Source: Paraphysomonas bandaiensis (Eukaryota; Protista; Chrysophyceae). Taken from it: a stretch of DNA of 64,000 nt. The DNA lies in assembly GCA_965644295.1 (NCBI GenBank), contig CBFFRP010000132.1, positions 218,704 to 282,703 of the forward strand, written 5' to 3'. Under the pieces are notes generated by a model. The model was not told the DNA's origin. It made no database searches and saw nothing but the letters and a program-made list of their open reading frames with translations. Below, in pieces: positions 27,400 to 41,277 of this stretch (position 1 is the first letter of the stretch; each line of letters opens with the position of its first letter). A program made the position numbers and the translations under genes.

Positions 27400-28332
27400 A
27401 TGATTACTTACTCTGGAAGGCGGGAAGTTCCAAAGCATAGAACTGAGCCAACTCTATGTGGCTCTGCCCACCAAATTACAGAGTCATTGTTTCTTGGGCC
27501 AATGCAGGCGTGTGGGCCGAACAGGTCCGAGGAGCTACTCTCTCAGAATGTAACAGGCATAGTCAACTGTTGTCCAAACATATGTGTCAATGTTTATGAG
27601 CACTGTATTGAGTACTGTCTAGTCGCAGTAGAGGATAATGAAGCTGCCAATATTCTTCCGTGGCTACATCCGGCCAGTGATTTCATTCAAAAGCACGTAT
27701 CTGTTGGTGGTAGATGCTTGGTGCACTGTCAGATGGGGGTATCTCGCTCATCTACGGTTGTTATTGCTTATCTAATGAAGTATCATGGAATGACATTGGA
27801 TGATGCCTATGTATTCACGAAGAGTAAACGCCATATAATTGAACCCAACGTTGGTTTTTGGCGGCAGCTACAAGAATTCCAGAAGCAACTAAATAGTATG
27901 TCTGTGCGCCCATCACAAGCGGTGGGATATGATGATGATTGGATATCAGCAATGTACGTAGCGTATAATGTGAACCATGATCAAGGATATGATACTATGT
28001 GCAATGATTTGTCCGCATGCACTAATGTAGAAACTGCAAATGAAGCCTTGATGATAGGACTATACTTTATTCTTGGAAAAGGGTTGAGTGATCATAATTT
28101 AAAGTGGTATATTGCGCTAGCCAGAGCATATGACAAGTGCATACCAGAAATCGTTGACGAGGGTGAAAGTAGTACAGAGAAGAAATATATAGACACCGAA
28201 AGATCTCACTCTGTTATACAGATATGTAATATTATTCATTCCGAGCAGTTTCTAGAAGATTGGTCATCAGAATTTCGACCTTGTGATAAAGAAAAACTTC
28301 TGAGCGCCTTGCAGCTTGTAGAAGAACTATAG
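27400..28332 (+). CDS. Dual-specificity protein phosphatase
   Basis: VHCQMGVSRS (HCx5R), IAYLM, IEPNVGFWRQL, general-acid loop VEDNE. Confidence 0.95.
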   Translation: MITYSGRREVPKHRTEPTLCGSAHQITESLFLGPMQACGPNRSEELLSQNVTGIVNCCPNICVNVYEHCIEYCLVAVEDNEAANILPWLHPASDFIQKHVSVGGRCLVHCQMGVSRSSTVVIAYLMKYHGMTLDDAYVFTKSKRHIIEPNVGFWRQLQEFQKQLNSMSVRPSQAVGYDDDWISAMYVAYNVNHDQGYDTMCNDLSACTNVETANEALMIGLYFILGKGLSDHNLKWYIALARAYDKCIPEIVDEGESSTEKKYIDTERSHSVIQICNIIHSEQFLEDWSSEFRPCDKEKLLSALQLVEEL

Positions 28333-29627
28333 AGTAGTCATAACTAATATGATCAAGATAAATGTATTGATTAACTTGTAGTGAAATTAGTTACTAATTG
28401 CGCTCGAAAAAATTAAATTTAAATAAGTAATCGCCACACCACGACTGCAGATATTTTTTACATCGCAACACTTCGGTTACAACCTTCTACACCAAAGAAA
28501 CATTCAATAACTATTATTAACTCTATAATAGCCAACATTACTGACAGAAGAAGCTGTACGAAACACTGCCACGCATACGATAGACATGGTAATACTATTA
28601 AAAACAAAAAGAAGGTGCTCGGCTCAATACAACCACACATACGACTTAAATGACATACGCTATATTTTGTAGTTATTGTGCAATAAATACACAAGATGAG
28701 AACATATATGTGTATTATCACAATGATTTTTACTCTTGGTAATTTCTATATATTTATATATATATATATAAGCATTGTACAATGTAAGTCATCACAACAA
28801 TGTTTAAATTCAAACGAAATATTCTCTCTGTTACTCAGTCTAATCCATTTCTAGGTTCTCGATCGCTTTTTCAAAATATGTTGGTGTGGTACTATCATAT
28901 GTATGGCAATTGCGTTCATGAAATGGTCATGGATTATTGTAGTTCGGTTGGTGGAACGAGAACATGCTTTTCATTCCACATCGCATTAGGACATGTAGGG
29001 GCACCATGTACAGTTTTCTTCCACTGACACAAATAGTAGTATTACGTTGCAGAGTTCAATGTTTGAGTCGTTCGGTTGAACTCGTAACCTATACTAGTAC
29101 TGTATTCACTTTCAAGAAAAGTGTCCTACGTCTAAGGTGCACTGCATATCCACTGCGGCAATTGGAAACAAAGCATAAAAGTATTGACAACACCACAAAG
29201 AGGTCAAAATACAAGCATTCAGCACTCACAGCTTTAATTATATATGGTCTATTTCTGATTTGTGTGTATGGACTGCAGGCGTTGGACTGAAGAGCACACT
29301 CTTGAGTAAGAAATTGGGACAAACAGGTTTCATATATGTACTCATATACTACAGTGACCCAGCAGTACAGCAGTACAGCAGTACAGCAGTACATGTATCC
29401 GCCACACTCAACAAGAGCTGAAGAGGCGACAGATAAACAAGTCAATCACACGCACAGTGGTCGCCCAGAGTCTCTGAGTGATTGTGACGACGTAAAGCGA
29501 CCCTATATACCCGCCCTCGACCCTTGCATTACAGTGGCTGCGGTTTCTCATTAAGTGTTGACTGCGACAAGCGGTCGGTTCATCACATAGATAAGAACTC
29601 CTTACAGAGCAGCACTTTAATATAAAT

Positions 29628-31064
29628 ATGAGTGAAGAGCCGACACTTGTGTCGATAAAGTGTAGAAATATCTCCTACTTTTTATGGGTGACTGACATCG
29701 ACCACAGCTCAATGCGTGCATTGCTGCAGATAACGAATGGTGTTGACACTTGGGAAGGTTATATTGGTGTAGCAGATAAACCACACAGTAACCAGCAGAG
29801 TGAATCCGTATATTTTAAAACCCTCTTAGAATGTATTCGTCATATAGACACGAAAAAATACGAGTACGAGTTGACTACTGAAAAGCAAAATCATCTTCTG
29901 TTCGCTTTGAAGGTTGCAGGACTTCTCATGTTTGATTATATGGCATCATTTGAATTTGTATAGGAATACTTGGATGATGGAATCAGTGCATTGTTAGCCA
30001 AATGCACTCTTCTTCCTTGCGCATCTCAAATAGGTATGTCCAAGATGTTGTCCTCTATCTGTGATCTACTACAACGAAACGACATTACGCTGAACAGTTA
30101 CAAGCGAGAAGTGGAGAAGAACAGAGAAGTGCTAGACAGACTTGCACACGAGATTCGAGTCTATAGTGACGAAAGAGAAACATTTCAGACTTCTTTGGTT
30201 TCCAAGTTTTGTTTGGTTGTGAATAGCAAAAAGGATGAAATAAAACGTCTTTGCGATGAAGTTAGTCGGCTAAAAAAGCAGCTTCATGAAATTGACAGGA
30301 CTTCACAATCTTCAGCGTCGCTAAAGATGGAGACGGCATCCAAACCCGCATGTCAACCATTCTCCGCTGTCTCGGATGAAGATACAAAGAGTAATGACGA
30401 TGATACACGGGCGAAATCTAAAAGGGGTCGAAATGGAAGGACGCTGCCCCGTAGAGGGAGAAAAGGTGGGCGATGTCCAATTTCGATTGTGTGTGTAGCC
30501 TATTTGCATTGCTAGTTGATCCATGTGTATTGAGATCAGAATACCAAGGCTGCATCATAGTGGGATATGTATGATGTGTACATTTCCTGTTATATAGTAA
30601 TGTGCTGTACGGCAGAAGCAATGTCTCAAATGCTGGCCCCCAGTGGAATGGAGCTGTCGAGCAGCACGCTTGATATTATGCTGACACAGTCACAGTCGTC
30701 ACATGGGAATAATAATTGTGTAAGCGCCACACCCAATGAAGAAATGTCTGATAGTGGAATGGAAAATGAAGAGAGTTTTTCTCCAGCACTTTCGAGTGAT
30801 AACGAGAAAGTGACCAAAAAACGAAGTGCAACTCAAGCAATACAAAACATTATAGAAAGTGACGAAGAGCAGAGTGATAAATCGGATAGCATTCACCGCT
30901 CCTCGAAAAAGGTAAAACTGACCAATAAAGAGGCCAACTCTAGTAAAAGTTCCTCCGGCTGCACTGGAGGTGCTAAGAAGCCCAAGTCTGTGCTTCGTAG
31001 TATGCTAGCATCCGACTCAGATGATGACCCTCCTTCTGAAGACGACTTGATGAACTATATGTGA
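29628..31064 (+). CDS. XRCC4: XRCC4-like NHEJ protein, ~3 exons
   Basis: Head LLQITNGVDTWEG; coiled coil with LVSKFCLVVNSKKDEIKRL (XRCC4 pattern); disordered acidic/basic tail; introns ~29913-29963 and ~30466-30614. Confidence 0.75.
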
Positions 31065-31548
31065 TTTTATGATTATCGTAAACTCAATAACCTTACACTG
31101 TCTAAAAGTAATATTGATATTCAATTAGTTCACATTATTCTTATTTCAATTTTACGTTTATGGTTTATGACGCAGCTACATTACGCAATTCTACCTACAT
31201 TGGCTACAATTACAATACATTGTAAAAGTCTACAATAGCTTATGTGGAGTGGTGTGACGAATACATACCCTAAAAGCAGCAGATTCATAACGAGCATAGA
31301 TGCTGAAAGTAGTGATCACGCAAACAGTACGATGTTGTAGTTGTCTTACAGAAACAAGATTTTGTTTTCGGTGGACTAAACTACCACTCATCAGCATATA
31401 TGTCATCCAGATTCGTATTTATTCAGAAGGATTAGTGTAAAAGTATAGACTGTTTCATATTTTAATTATAAGTTGATCGACAGTATCCAAAAAATGACGT
31501 TGCAAGGAAACAGAAGTCCCGTTTGCTAATAATAGAAAATACGGCTCA

Positions 31549-31899
31549 TCATGAAGTCTTCGTAACTCTCGGCGGAAGAAAATATCTCATAATTAATCCC
31601 ATAAACGAAAACGTGAATGCAGACATTAACTGTTTGTAATCGCTATCCAGTGTTTTCATGTTGGCGAAGCTGGACAGCCAGAGGAACACCGCCACCCAGC
31701 AACATATCTTAGACTGTAACACTTCTGTTGGAAATCAATATACTGACTAAAAAGAGTTTACCTGTAGAGTCATACCAGCCATACCAACAACTAGAGTCAG
31801 AATGGTCAGGTAGTCCGGCTCTCCTCCGCCATTATCTTCAGCCTTCCTCCTGTAATACTTGCGGACATTTTGTGGATCAATAACGCTATTCTCCTTCAT
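31549..31899 (-). CDS. WDR83OS: Asterix / PAT complex subunit (PAT10, WDR83OS family), 2 exons
   Basis: Spliced ...PDYLTILTLVVGMAGMTLQ|SKICCWVAVFLWLSSFANMKTLDSDYKQLMSAFTFSFMGLIMRYF; ~100 aa, 3 TM. Confidence 0.88.
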
Positions 31900-32262
31900 C
31901 CCACCAGCGGGAAATAGATGACGATGGAATATAAGTAAGGTGAATAAGAGCAAGGCTGTGACCTCGCTTGACTTTAATGTTCTACTCTGCGATATGATGA
32001 TGATGTACAGAACCACCACACATGCCATATACACTTATATATGCACCCATACCCATACACCGTAATCCGTACACCATAATCCGTACACCGTAATCCGTAC
32101 AGTACGAGTATACAGGCAGCTGCATATACATGGCATACCATACTGCGGCTATCACACATCCGTATCATGGCAGTGCAGTGCATCCCTCGCTCAGCGTATC
32201 GTAAGAGGCAGCCAACTCATGTGAATAGCGTCATCCCACACCTCTGTCTGTGCCTGTGCTCA

Positions 32263-33018
32263 ATGTATTCAGAGGATGACCTCATCTCTCTCACCGATAG
32301 ACTGGCTCATATGTTCCCGTCTGCTCTCTCCTGTAACGCCCGTATGGTTGAGTTTATGGCTCATGTGTTCCTGATATTCCGCAAGTATGACTTACACTCC
32401 GCTGCTGAGAGACTCAAGAATTATCTGGATTGGAGAGAGAAAGTCTTCGGGTCACTGGATGATCAGACAATAGAATCAGATGCAAAGCTCAGGCAGCAGA
32501 CAGAGACGTCGTTTCTTCGTGTATTGCCTGATCGACTTCCCTCTGGTGAAGCTCTTGTTATAGTGGAGCTAAAGAACCACAACCCTTATATTTACTCAGC
32601 TACTGAAACTGTGAAAGTGTGGCACTATCATATCCTTTGTGCTCTCAGGAAGGATCCTTCCTTAGCCGAGAAAGGATTCGTATTTTTAGGTAATATGAGT
32701 GGTATTGCCCTTTCCAACCTTGACATTCAAGTGCCCGAAGCAATTGCGACCGCAGTTAGCAAATGTATGCCTATTCGCGTAGCTAATTTTCTTATATATA
32801 ATCCCCCCTTCCTAGCTCGGGCGATTATTCCAGCAGTGAAGCTGATATTATCTACCAAAATTGGTCAACGTCTTCATGTCATAATCGATTCTGCGGTTCT
32901 ACAGATGGAATTTGGAATTCCTAATTCGTTTCTTTTGGAATCACTTGGGGGAAGCATGAATGAAGAAGAAGATAGACAAAATATTGACTGTTTAATTCGG
33001 GAGGGCATTAGTGTATGA
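32263..33018 (+). CDS. CRAL-TRIO/Sec14 lipid-binding protein
   Basis: FLIFRKYDLHSAAERLKNYLDWR; MPIRVANFLIYNPP; KIGQRLHV; LESLGG. Confidence 0.9.
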   Translation: MYSEDDLISLTDRLAHMFPSALSCNARMVEFMAHVFLIFRKYDLHSAAERLKNYLDWREKVFGSLDDQTIESDAKLRQQTETSFLRVLPDRLPSGEALVIVELKNHNPYIYSATETVKVWHYHILCALRKDPSLAEKGFVFLGNMSGIALSNLDIQVPEAIATAVSKCMPIRVANFLIYNPPFLARAIIPAVKLILSTKIGQRLHVIIDSAVLQMEFGIPNSFLLESLGGSMNEEEDRQNIDCLIREGISV

Positions 33019-33519
33019 AAAGCATGAGCGAAAGACAGATTTGAGAAATGATTCACGAAAATGCTGCAGTAATATAGTGTTGACTATTCAGCTCATAGCA
33101 ATCAACTGAGCCATTTGATGTATATATTGAAATATTAAGCTTATAAGTTACTTTTGAGTTTTTCTATTTCCAAGGTATATTTCAAAGTTTTTAATTCGTC
33201 TACAACTTAGACTGTTGATATATGTGACAGTGTTCAGCAACAATTTGTTATAGATTATAGAAGTCTCATCGAAGTTACACATTTCACACAACCTAGACGG
33301 CGATGCAGCAATTTTCATCATTAATAATTAGGTGTTTTGAAGTAGAATTCTATGTTGTTTGCAGGTTTATTTAGGGGATAGTTAGTAGTTGGACGGGCGA
33401 TAGACTCCAACTCTGGCACACCTGGCGTGATCACATCACAAAAAGGGAGAGTAGTCCAAGCTGTCAAAACTCACAGGTTAACTCGCTTCAGGTATAGTTA
33501 TTTTCAGTTTGTAACATAG

Positions 33520-34923
33520 AAGTAGACCAAGCCATCGAGCGAATACTCACCGCGGGCTTATGGCACTGACGCATTTCGGGGGAACGACGGCCATTTCGTA
33601 CGAGCCCCCTGCTAACAGACTTCCAGTCCCTCCGCAGACAACGGACGCTGGAGTTCTACACTGCATACAGAGATCAACACTACGGTCACAATCCCGACAG
33701 GGCACCCAGATACTGGACAGGCAGTGGGGCACTACTCCCGCGCAAACTGGCGCAAGCAGGTGGTGGTCCAACAAAGGAAAAAGATAGCTCCCACCTACGC
33801 CAACGAGTGCTCAATGCAGCAGTGACATGGGACAAATCCTTCAGCATAGGTCGAAACCGGGCTAAAACTAAACACGGACTAGACCTGACCAAAGCCGTCT
33901 GTTCTGACTGCGGATTTAGATTGGACTCCCTCAAGCACATGTGCCTATAGACTGCACATATGACGCCATCACTAAAATAAGGGAATTGGCATTTCACAAC
34001 CACAAAAACGCGCTTCAAGAGGTACTGAGAAATTCGGTTTTACCCCATTGGACCACCAATGTGCTAAAGAGACTCTTCAACCGGGCCTGGAACCCTTCCG
34101 TGCCACAGGTGGAAAGATTCTGGACAGGTACCATCACCACTGCACAACTAGAGACGATTTTTGGAGATCACATCCATCAGCCCTTGACAACCCAAGGTCT
34201 GCGCAATCTCGAAACAGCGGTCATCAGCTTGCTTCAACCGCTTTTTGACGCCGCTGAATTAATGATTCAGGACCGAAGTCGACGATACATTACCTCACAC
34301 AAAGGACCCCATAGGTTACTCCCGCGACCGCGCCCGCAACACAAACGGAAATGGAAACGCCCAAGGGTGCTACGATTACTAGGAGTCCAAAGACGACCAG
34401 AGACGGGACTACCATCCACTGCAACCACATGCACCACCTCTCATGCACGCAGGAATAAAGCACCGGACTGCTTGAAAACATCTGGTCCTCGACAAAGACG
34501 CCGTCTCCGGCAACTACACCTATGCCTGATGCCCAAGCGATGCAAGGAAACAACGACACCCTCCACCACTCCACTCCCCTCACAGAACACCCATCTAGTA
34601 CTTGGTACACTTCGGACATTAATGCAAAACCCTGTACCACAGAGCCTGGTAGAGCCGTATCCTAAGGGAAGACCCCCAGACATCACGCGCCAGTGAGTCA
34701 AAGACGCACAAGCAGGGCGAAACTCACAACAAAATTTAGAACGGAAGTGGTTGCACCTTGGTGCTTGCTGCGACGCACAAGCAGCTTCTGTAGTGTTAAA
34801 TAGTAGGATAATGGAATTTGTACGGATTAGTTATGGGTAGAGGTCTCACTAGCAGCATGACTAGCATTCAACTAACCACTATATCATTTTTCTAACGCCT
34901 ACTGCTAAAAAAAGACGCTTAAT
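33520..34923 (+). mobile_element. 5'-truncated, degraded non-LTR retrotransposon 3' end (CCHC knuckle, C-terminus, putative 3' tail = repeat copy 4 at 34738-34923)
   Basis: Frame ...WDKSFSIGRNRAK...CSDCGFRLDSLKHMCL/DC (CCHC broken by a 2-bp insertion near 33948; in-frame TGA near 33567); continues to GRPPDITRQ* at 34696; C/A-rich like the 55-64 kb element; followed by the repeat core in the same orientation. Confidence 0.75.
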
Positions 34924-35898
34924 ATAGTTATTTTCATTGGTAATGGGTAATGAATATAAGAATATAAGCCATTCAGAGTCATTCTCGACTCTCGACTGTC
35001 ACCCCTATCCTAATACGTCTCTTCTTACCATGCTTCATGCTCCTGCCAGAATTTCTGCAGGACTCTACAACTACTACTTCTGTAATCAGATTTATTACAT
35101 GTGCCACACAGATAATTTCTCTATCACTTCTGCTCTGGTGGCCCCTTTTATATATCTGTCAATTTTATGTTGATAAACTCGATAGTCTACGGGCTAAACG
35201 CCCTTTCCTCTTGCACTTATTGCACTGCTTGTTTGAGACGTAGTTCTGCCAATTACTTATTCTCACCAGCGTGTGCCTGTCCATTCGTTGTCGATGTTGT
35301 TGCTTGTGTGCTTGTATACTTTACTAGCCTGCTGGATCTAGTGTAAGTCATGACGGCTGTAGGGGATAGTTGAACATCTCCCTGTCAGTGAGCCCTTCAT
35401 TTGGGCGTGTGGGTTTGTTTTCCCTTATTCGTGCTTGTCTTATCGTAATGCCCACTAATTCTACCACAGTTTGGGTAGATTGTTTCTTCATGGAGTTAAA
35501 CTTGGTCGCTTCGCCTGAACTGTGTTCAATTCGAGATTGAGGAATGTGTTCTAGCAGTGGCATAAGTGTCTTAAAGCTGAAGCCTTGTCGTCCAGGAGAC
35601 ATCATAATAATATGTCTTTTACACAAAGGTACGAATACGGCACCTCATTTCGCTCTTGTCTCATTAATTTTTCAGCTTCTTGAGAGCCCTCTCTCTTGAG
35701 CATCTGTTAATCTCTTTCCTCCTCCTCGCTGTCCACTGATGAGCTCGATTCTTCCTCTTCAGAAAAAAGTTGAAGAATTGTTCATGGTAGGGAAAATTGT
35801 TTTCACATAACAGAGATGATAACATACTTTCGTTATGCGGAGTGAGGCGATGACTTCTGAACAAATGTGTTGTTGCGAACTGTCTGAGCTTCATCGTT

Positions 35899-36265
35899 GA
35901 TTAAAAGTCTTATTATTAGCAATAGGCGTTAAAAACTTGCCCCAACAACTTAGTAGCTAGATGAAAGCTAGACAAACTAGTTAGACCTCTACCTCTAACT
36001 AATCAGTACACACTTTTTATCTTACTATTTAACGCTACGGAAGCTGCTTGTGCGTCGCCGCAAGCACCAAGGTGCGACCACTTTCGCTCTGAGTTCTTAA
36101 GGTGAACATCCCGGATGCTTGACTACCCAAAATACCCCAGTTACCCTTGAGGTGGGCCCTGTCCCGGATGCCCTTGAGGTGGGCCCATTTCCGGTAGCCT
36201 GTTTATTCGTCAACGCCCAAAGACGTCTACACAACACAAGTGACACTTATTGGTGTCCCTTGTAC
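35899..36265 (-). mobile_element. Dispersed repeat, copy 5 (long form; internal cccttgaggtgggccc duplication)
   Basis: Core gctacggaagctgcttgtgcgtcgccgcaagcaccaaggtgcgaccactttcgctct; tail variant shared with copies 4 and 6. Confidence 0.8.
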
Positions 36266-36847
36266 CACACAAGCAATCGGCTATGAGTGGGCAGAAGAAT
36301 ATCTGCTGACTATGTTTGCGGCTCACGTTAGTTTCCCAGAGAGAATCTCTCCGGTACTTATCCCCCAGAACACCACGAAAAGGTGCGAGTCCGATTTTGT
36401 TGAGAGTCTTCATCCTTTGTCACAAGATATTAATAATTAACACTAGCAGCAAGATATGTTCTCTGTGCATTGTACCCTCAAAATTGGATGGCTTTAAGAG
36501 CTGAGAGTACTAGAGATTATATTAAAATCGCAAACATCAGACGTAAAATGCTTATCTCCCAATTTACCCAATAGCAAACGAAAAGAGAAAATAATCATAT
36601 ATTTATTAGTCACATGGCGGATCAAAGTTTACGACAAATAACATGTGCATATTCAAGCGGATTAGACAAAAAAATTATGATAATTACACATTCGTTACTA
36701 ACATAATATCTTAAAGTAAGGTTTGATACGTTAACCAGACCACAACATTGATATACAAATCATTCACAACTTATATATAGCATGTACTACATGGAACTCA
36801 GCAACGGCTTACACATACACATCGTACAAACACAGCATAGAAGCTAA

Positions 36848-39800
36848 CTATAATTTTCCTTCTCGTTTAGCTTTTTGATATGCCTCACTTCTTTCTTTTA
36901 TCTCTCTCAATTTATTTTGCCTTACTTCTTCTTCAGTTAGCTGCTCCGCTTCTTCTATTTCGGGTTCCAAAAACTTGTCTTCGAACCAATCCCCTTCAGT
37001 GACGACTTTCTTATGTTCTACTGTAGCGATATAAGTTCCACTACCATGTCGCTTATCATCTAGCCACATTCCGGTATACACTGATCCATCTGCATATGTC
37101 ATAACGCCTGAGCCTGACTTCACTCCTCCTTCAAACGCACCCACATATACCCCTCCATTCATGCATTCCAAAGTACCGTGCCCATCGTGAAAATCCAACT
37201 TCCAAAAACCAGTATATACATCTATACTCCTGTGAGTTTGAACGCCATATCCATGCCGTAGATCATTTTCATATTCACCATCATATGTATCACCTCGTTT
37301 ACTTGTAAACTTACCCTTTCCGTGTCGCATATCATCTTTGTATGACCCCTCATACACATCCCCGCATGCGTGTTTGAATACACCTTTTCCATTCTTCATA
37401 TCATGTTCCCAGTATCCTGTGTATTTTCCGTCTTCAGAAATGTACTGGCCGTTGCCATGCCTCATCCCATTAACCCAGTCACCAGTATATTCTGACCCGT
37501 CTGGATAAACTTGCTCGCCATATCCGTCGCGTAGCCCATACGCAAAATTACCAGTATACTTCCCATTCGGCCCGCTTAATACCCCACTGCCGGAATATTT
37601 CCCATTTACAAATGTACCATCATATTTCGAGCCATCGGAATTCACCTCCACACCTTTTCCATGGGGCTTATCATGTGCCCAATCACCAGAGTATTTCCTC
37701 CCAGGAGAAATAAATACGCCATACCCATCTCTGGAAGCCATATTAAATCTCCCCTCATACGTATCACCGTTTGCATATGTTAGAAAGCCTACACCATGAT
37801 AGTGATCCTCTTTCCACTCTCCACAATATGTTTCACCGTTGCTTAGCTCCAGCACACCCTCTCCTTGACGACAGTCTTTCACATAATCTCCATCATATAC
37901 GGAACCATCATTATATACATATCTCCCCTTGCCATGCTTCGCGTAGTCCAACCATTCACCATCGTATGTATCACCATTGGAGTATTTCATTATCCCACGC
38001 CCACGCGGTTTCCCTTCAAAATACTGACCGTAGAATGTACAATCAGATTGGGTGAACACCCCCCACCCATGTCTTTTGTCATTAAGAAACTGTCCAACGT
38101 AAGTGTCCCCATTTCCATAAGTAATCGTGCCTTTGCCTTGCATTTTATTATTTTCCCAAGTTCCCTCACATACGGTTCCATCTGTATACTTCAACGTCCC
38201 TTTCCCATGAAATTGGTTGTATTTGTAGAACCCCTCGTAACCTGATCCATCCCGTCGTGTAACTTTCCCCCATCCATGCTTCATATCATTGCGCCACTGA
38301 CCGTAGTGAATCTCATCGTTACCTACTGTTAAAACACCTTGACCATGTCTCTTATTCGCTTCGAATTCGCCATCATAGGAGTCACCATTCGCATAGGTGT
38401 ATACTCCCCTACCATGTTTGATATTGTCGGACCACTCACCCTCATAAGTTTCGCCATTCGCCCTGCAGTGGAGAAAAAATAAAGTATTAAAGTGACACAA
38501 GCACTACATGGTACCATATATTCATGTCTACCTACACACACAACTAACCATTTATTGATTCCTTTTCCACACCGAAGTCCCATGCTCCATTCACCGACAT
38601 ATGTTGCCTGTCCGTCATCATAAGTGTATATACCCTCGCCATGCCGTTTATCGTCTTCCCACATACCAACGTATGTTGCACCATTGCTGTAAACGTTCGA
38701 TCCATAGCCATGCTTTCTGAAGCACACCCATTCCCCGTCGTACTTTTCACCAAGTGAGCTGATGTAAACACCTTTACCTTGAAATCGGTCGTTCTCCCAT
38801 GAGCCATCGTATATATCACCATTGGTACTAGTATATTTTCCTTGACCGTGCATTCTTCCTTTCTTAAACTCTCCATCATAAACAGCTCCATCAGCGAATG
38901 TATACGAACCCTCGCCACTCCATTTGTCAAATTTCCAGTCACCTTCGTATTTTGTTCCTACGTCAGATACATATACTCCATATCCATGGCGCTTTCCTTT
39001 CTTATATTGGCCTTCGTACGTCGCACCAGATGTGTATAGGAAGTATCCATCACCTTGTTTAAACCCATCGACATACTCTCCACGATATCCTGTTCCTTTC
39101 GGAGTAATAAAGTACCCCTTTCCTGCTTTTTTTCCTTCTTTAAATGCACCAGTAAACTGGCCATCTATCATTGGAAATTCAGCAGTCAAAACTCCTCTTC
39201 CATATATACTGTCATCAACAAACCCCTCGTGGTAAACGACATCATTTCCAGCTCTCAAATATCCTCGTCCAGCAACTTCATCATTTTCAAAGAGCAAATC
39301 AAAGCTATTTCCTTCGGGAGATGTATACCGGCCTCTTCCATGCTTCATATTGCTACGAAACTCACCGTCGTATACAGACCCATCTGGCGCTCGGTCTACT
39401 CCATGTCCATGGCGGTTGTCGTCCTCCCATTCACCCTCATACTCTCCCCCGCCGACATATTGATATGTACCTCTTCCATGACGCAAATCACATGAAAACT
39501 CACCCTCATATACTGCTCCACTTTCATATGTGTACCTTCCTATTCCATGTTTTTCGTTGTCTAACCACTCACCGACATACACATCACCATTAGAGTATGC
39601 CATAATACCGCGACCATGTTGAATACCCATCACAAACTCTCCTTCATATTTTACCCCTCCCTCCGATTCACCATACAATAAGATTCCAATGCCATTCCAG
39701 CAGTCGTTCTTCCACTCGCCATCATAACGTTGCCCTGATGGATACGTCTGCACACCCCTGCCATGTCGTAGGCCCATCACATAATCGCCTTCATATATCG

Positions 39801-41277
39801 TGCCATCTGAATTCTTATAGAAACATTTCCCATGTTTCTTACCATCTACATACTCCCCTATAAATGTTGATCCGTCATTGTACACAAACTCCATCCACCT
39901 ATTCTTCAGTCCACGTTGCCAGAGCCCCTTATATGTAACTTTATCAGGAATGCTGATTAACACACCTGTTCCATGCATTTTACCCTCCTCCCAATACCCA
40001 TCATATACACTGCCGTCCACATGTGTATATATACCTTTTCCGTGCCATTTCCCATTCTTATAGCTCCCTTCGTAAATAGACTTATCAGCAAACGTATGGA
40101 TACCCCATCCGTCTTGAGTATCGTGCAACCATTCTCCTCCATACACTTCAACCTGCCCGTATGTCATTATCCCTCGTCCCGATCGCTGGTCGCAAAAATA
40201 CTCGCCATCGTAAACAGCTCCATTAGTATGGGTATACACACCCTTTCCATGCTTCATATTATCCTTCCATTCCCCGTCATACATATCACCATTTGACCTG
40301 CACATAAATAGGTAGAAGAGATTACGAAAAGCAATGCATGCACATATATCGATAACTTATATTCATGTTGATTCATCATCTATGTGCACATTTAAAACAT
40401 CTGAGATCGAGCTAAAAGAAAATATGCAAGCATAGATACTCTCACACTCACCAGGTCGCCACACCATGTCCACATTTTTTACCATTCTTCCAATAACCAT
40501 GATATATATCACCCTTGGACGTAGTTAAAATACCCTTCCCATGTCGCTTCCCACTCGCGTAGTACCCTGTGTAGTGTGAACCATCAGAGCCTTTGTACGC
40601 CCCCCTGCCATGTTTCTTTCCATGTTTGTATTGGCCCTCGTATAAGGAGCCGTCAGCTGACAGAAACACGCCTTGGCCGCACTTCACATCATTTTCATAC
40701 TCCCCTGAATATAAGGCCCCACTTGGGTAACGGTACTCGCCAACCCCGTGGCGGTTGTCGCCTCTCCATTCTCCATTGTAGACAGCTCCATCCTAATGAT
40801 AACGAATTACTGAAATTCCAAATACTCTCAATATAAAATCGTTTTGTCAAATGAATTCTACTATCTTGCAGAATAATATTGTTACATGACACCACAAATG
40901 ATAGACATAGAGTAAATACAACATACCGCATACAGATAGATTCCTTTCCCACTCTTAACACCATTTTCCCAGTCTCCATCATACGCTGATCCATCAGGGT
41001 AGGAATATAGGCCTCTTCCATGCATGGTTCCATTATTATATTCCCCAATATACATTTCATTCTCATTTTCTGACTTTATACCGACAGGATATTGAGTATT
41101 GTCTGCATCAGTACACCAGCCAGAGTTTGAGTACTTTACACCCCTCTCAATAGAAAATTCTCCTCTGTCATCACATATGCTGCCGACAGCAATATCACCA
41201 TTGGCTGTGATGTACACTCTCTCACTCATAGTGTGCGCTGATTCAACCATAATTGTGCTTCTGTCGGTTACAGACAT
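36848..41277 (-). CDS. Giant MORN-repeat protein (roughly 50 repeats), ~4 exons
   Basis: Continuous YxGxWxxxxxHGxG repeats across ORFs 40882-41277, 40448-40687, 38329-40305 and 36848-38500, with GT-AG junctions; short coiled-coil C-terminus. Confidence 0.92.

Noticed and set aside
36848-41277. PIP5 kinase (common automatic label for MORN proteins)
   Set aside because: Only MORN repeats are present; no kinase domain.
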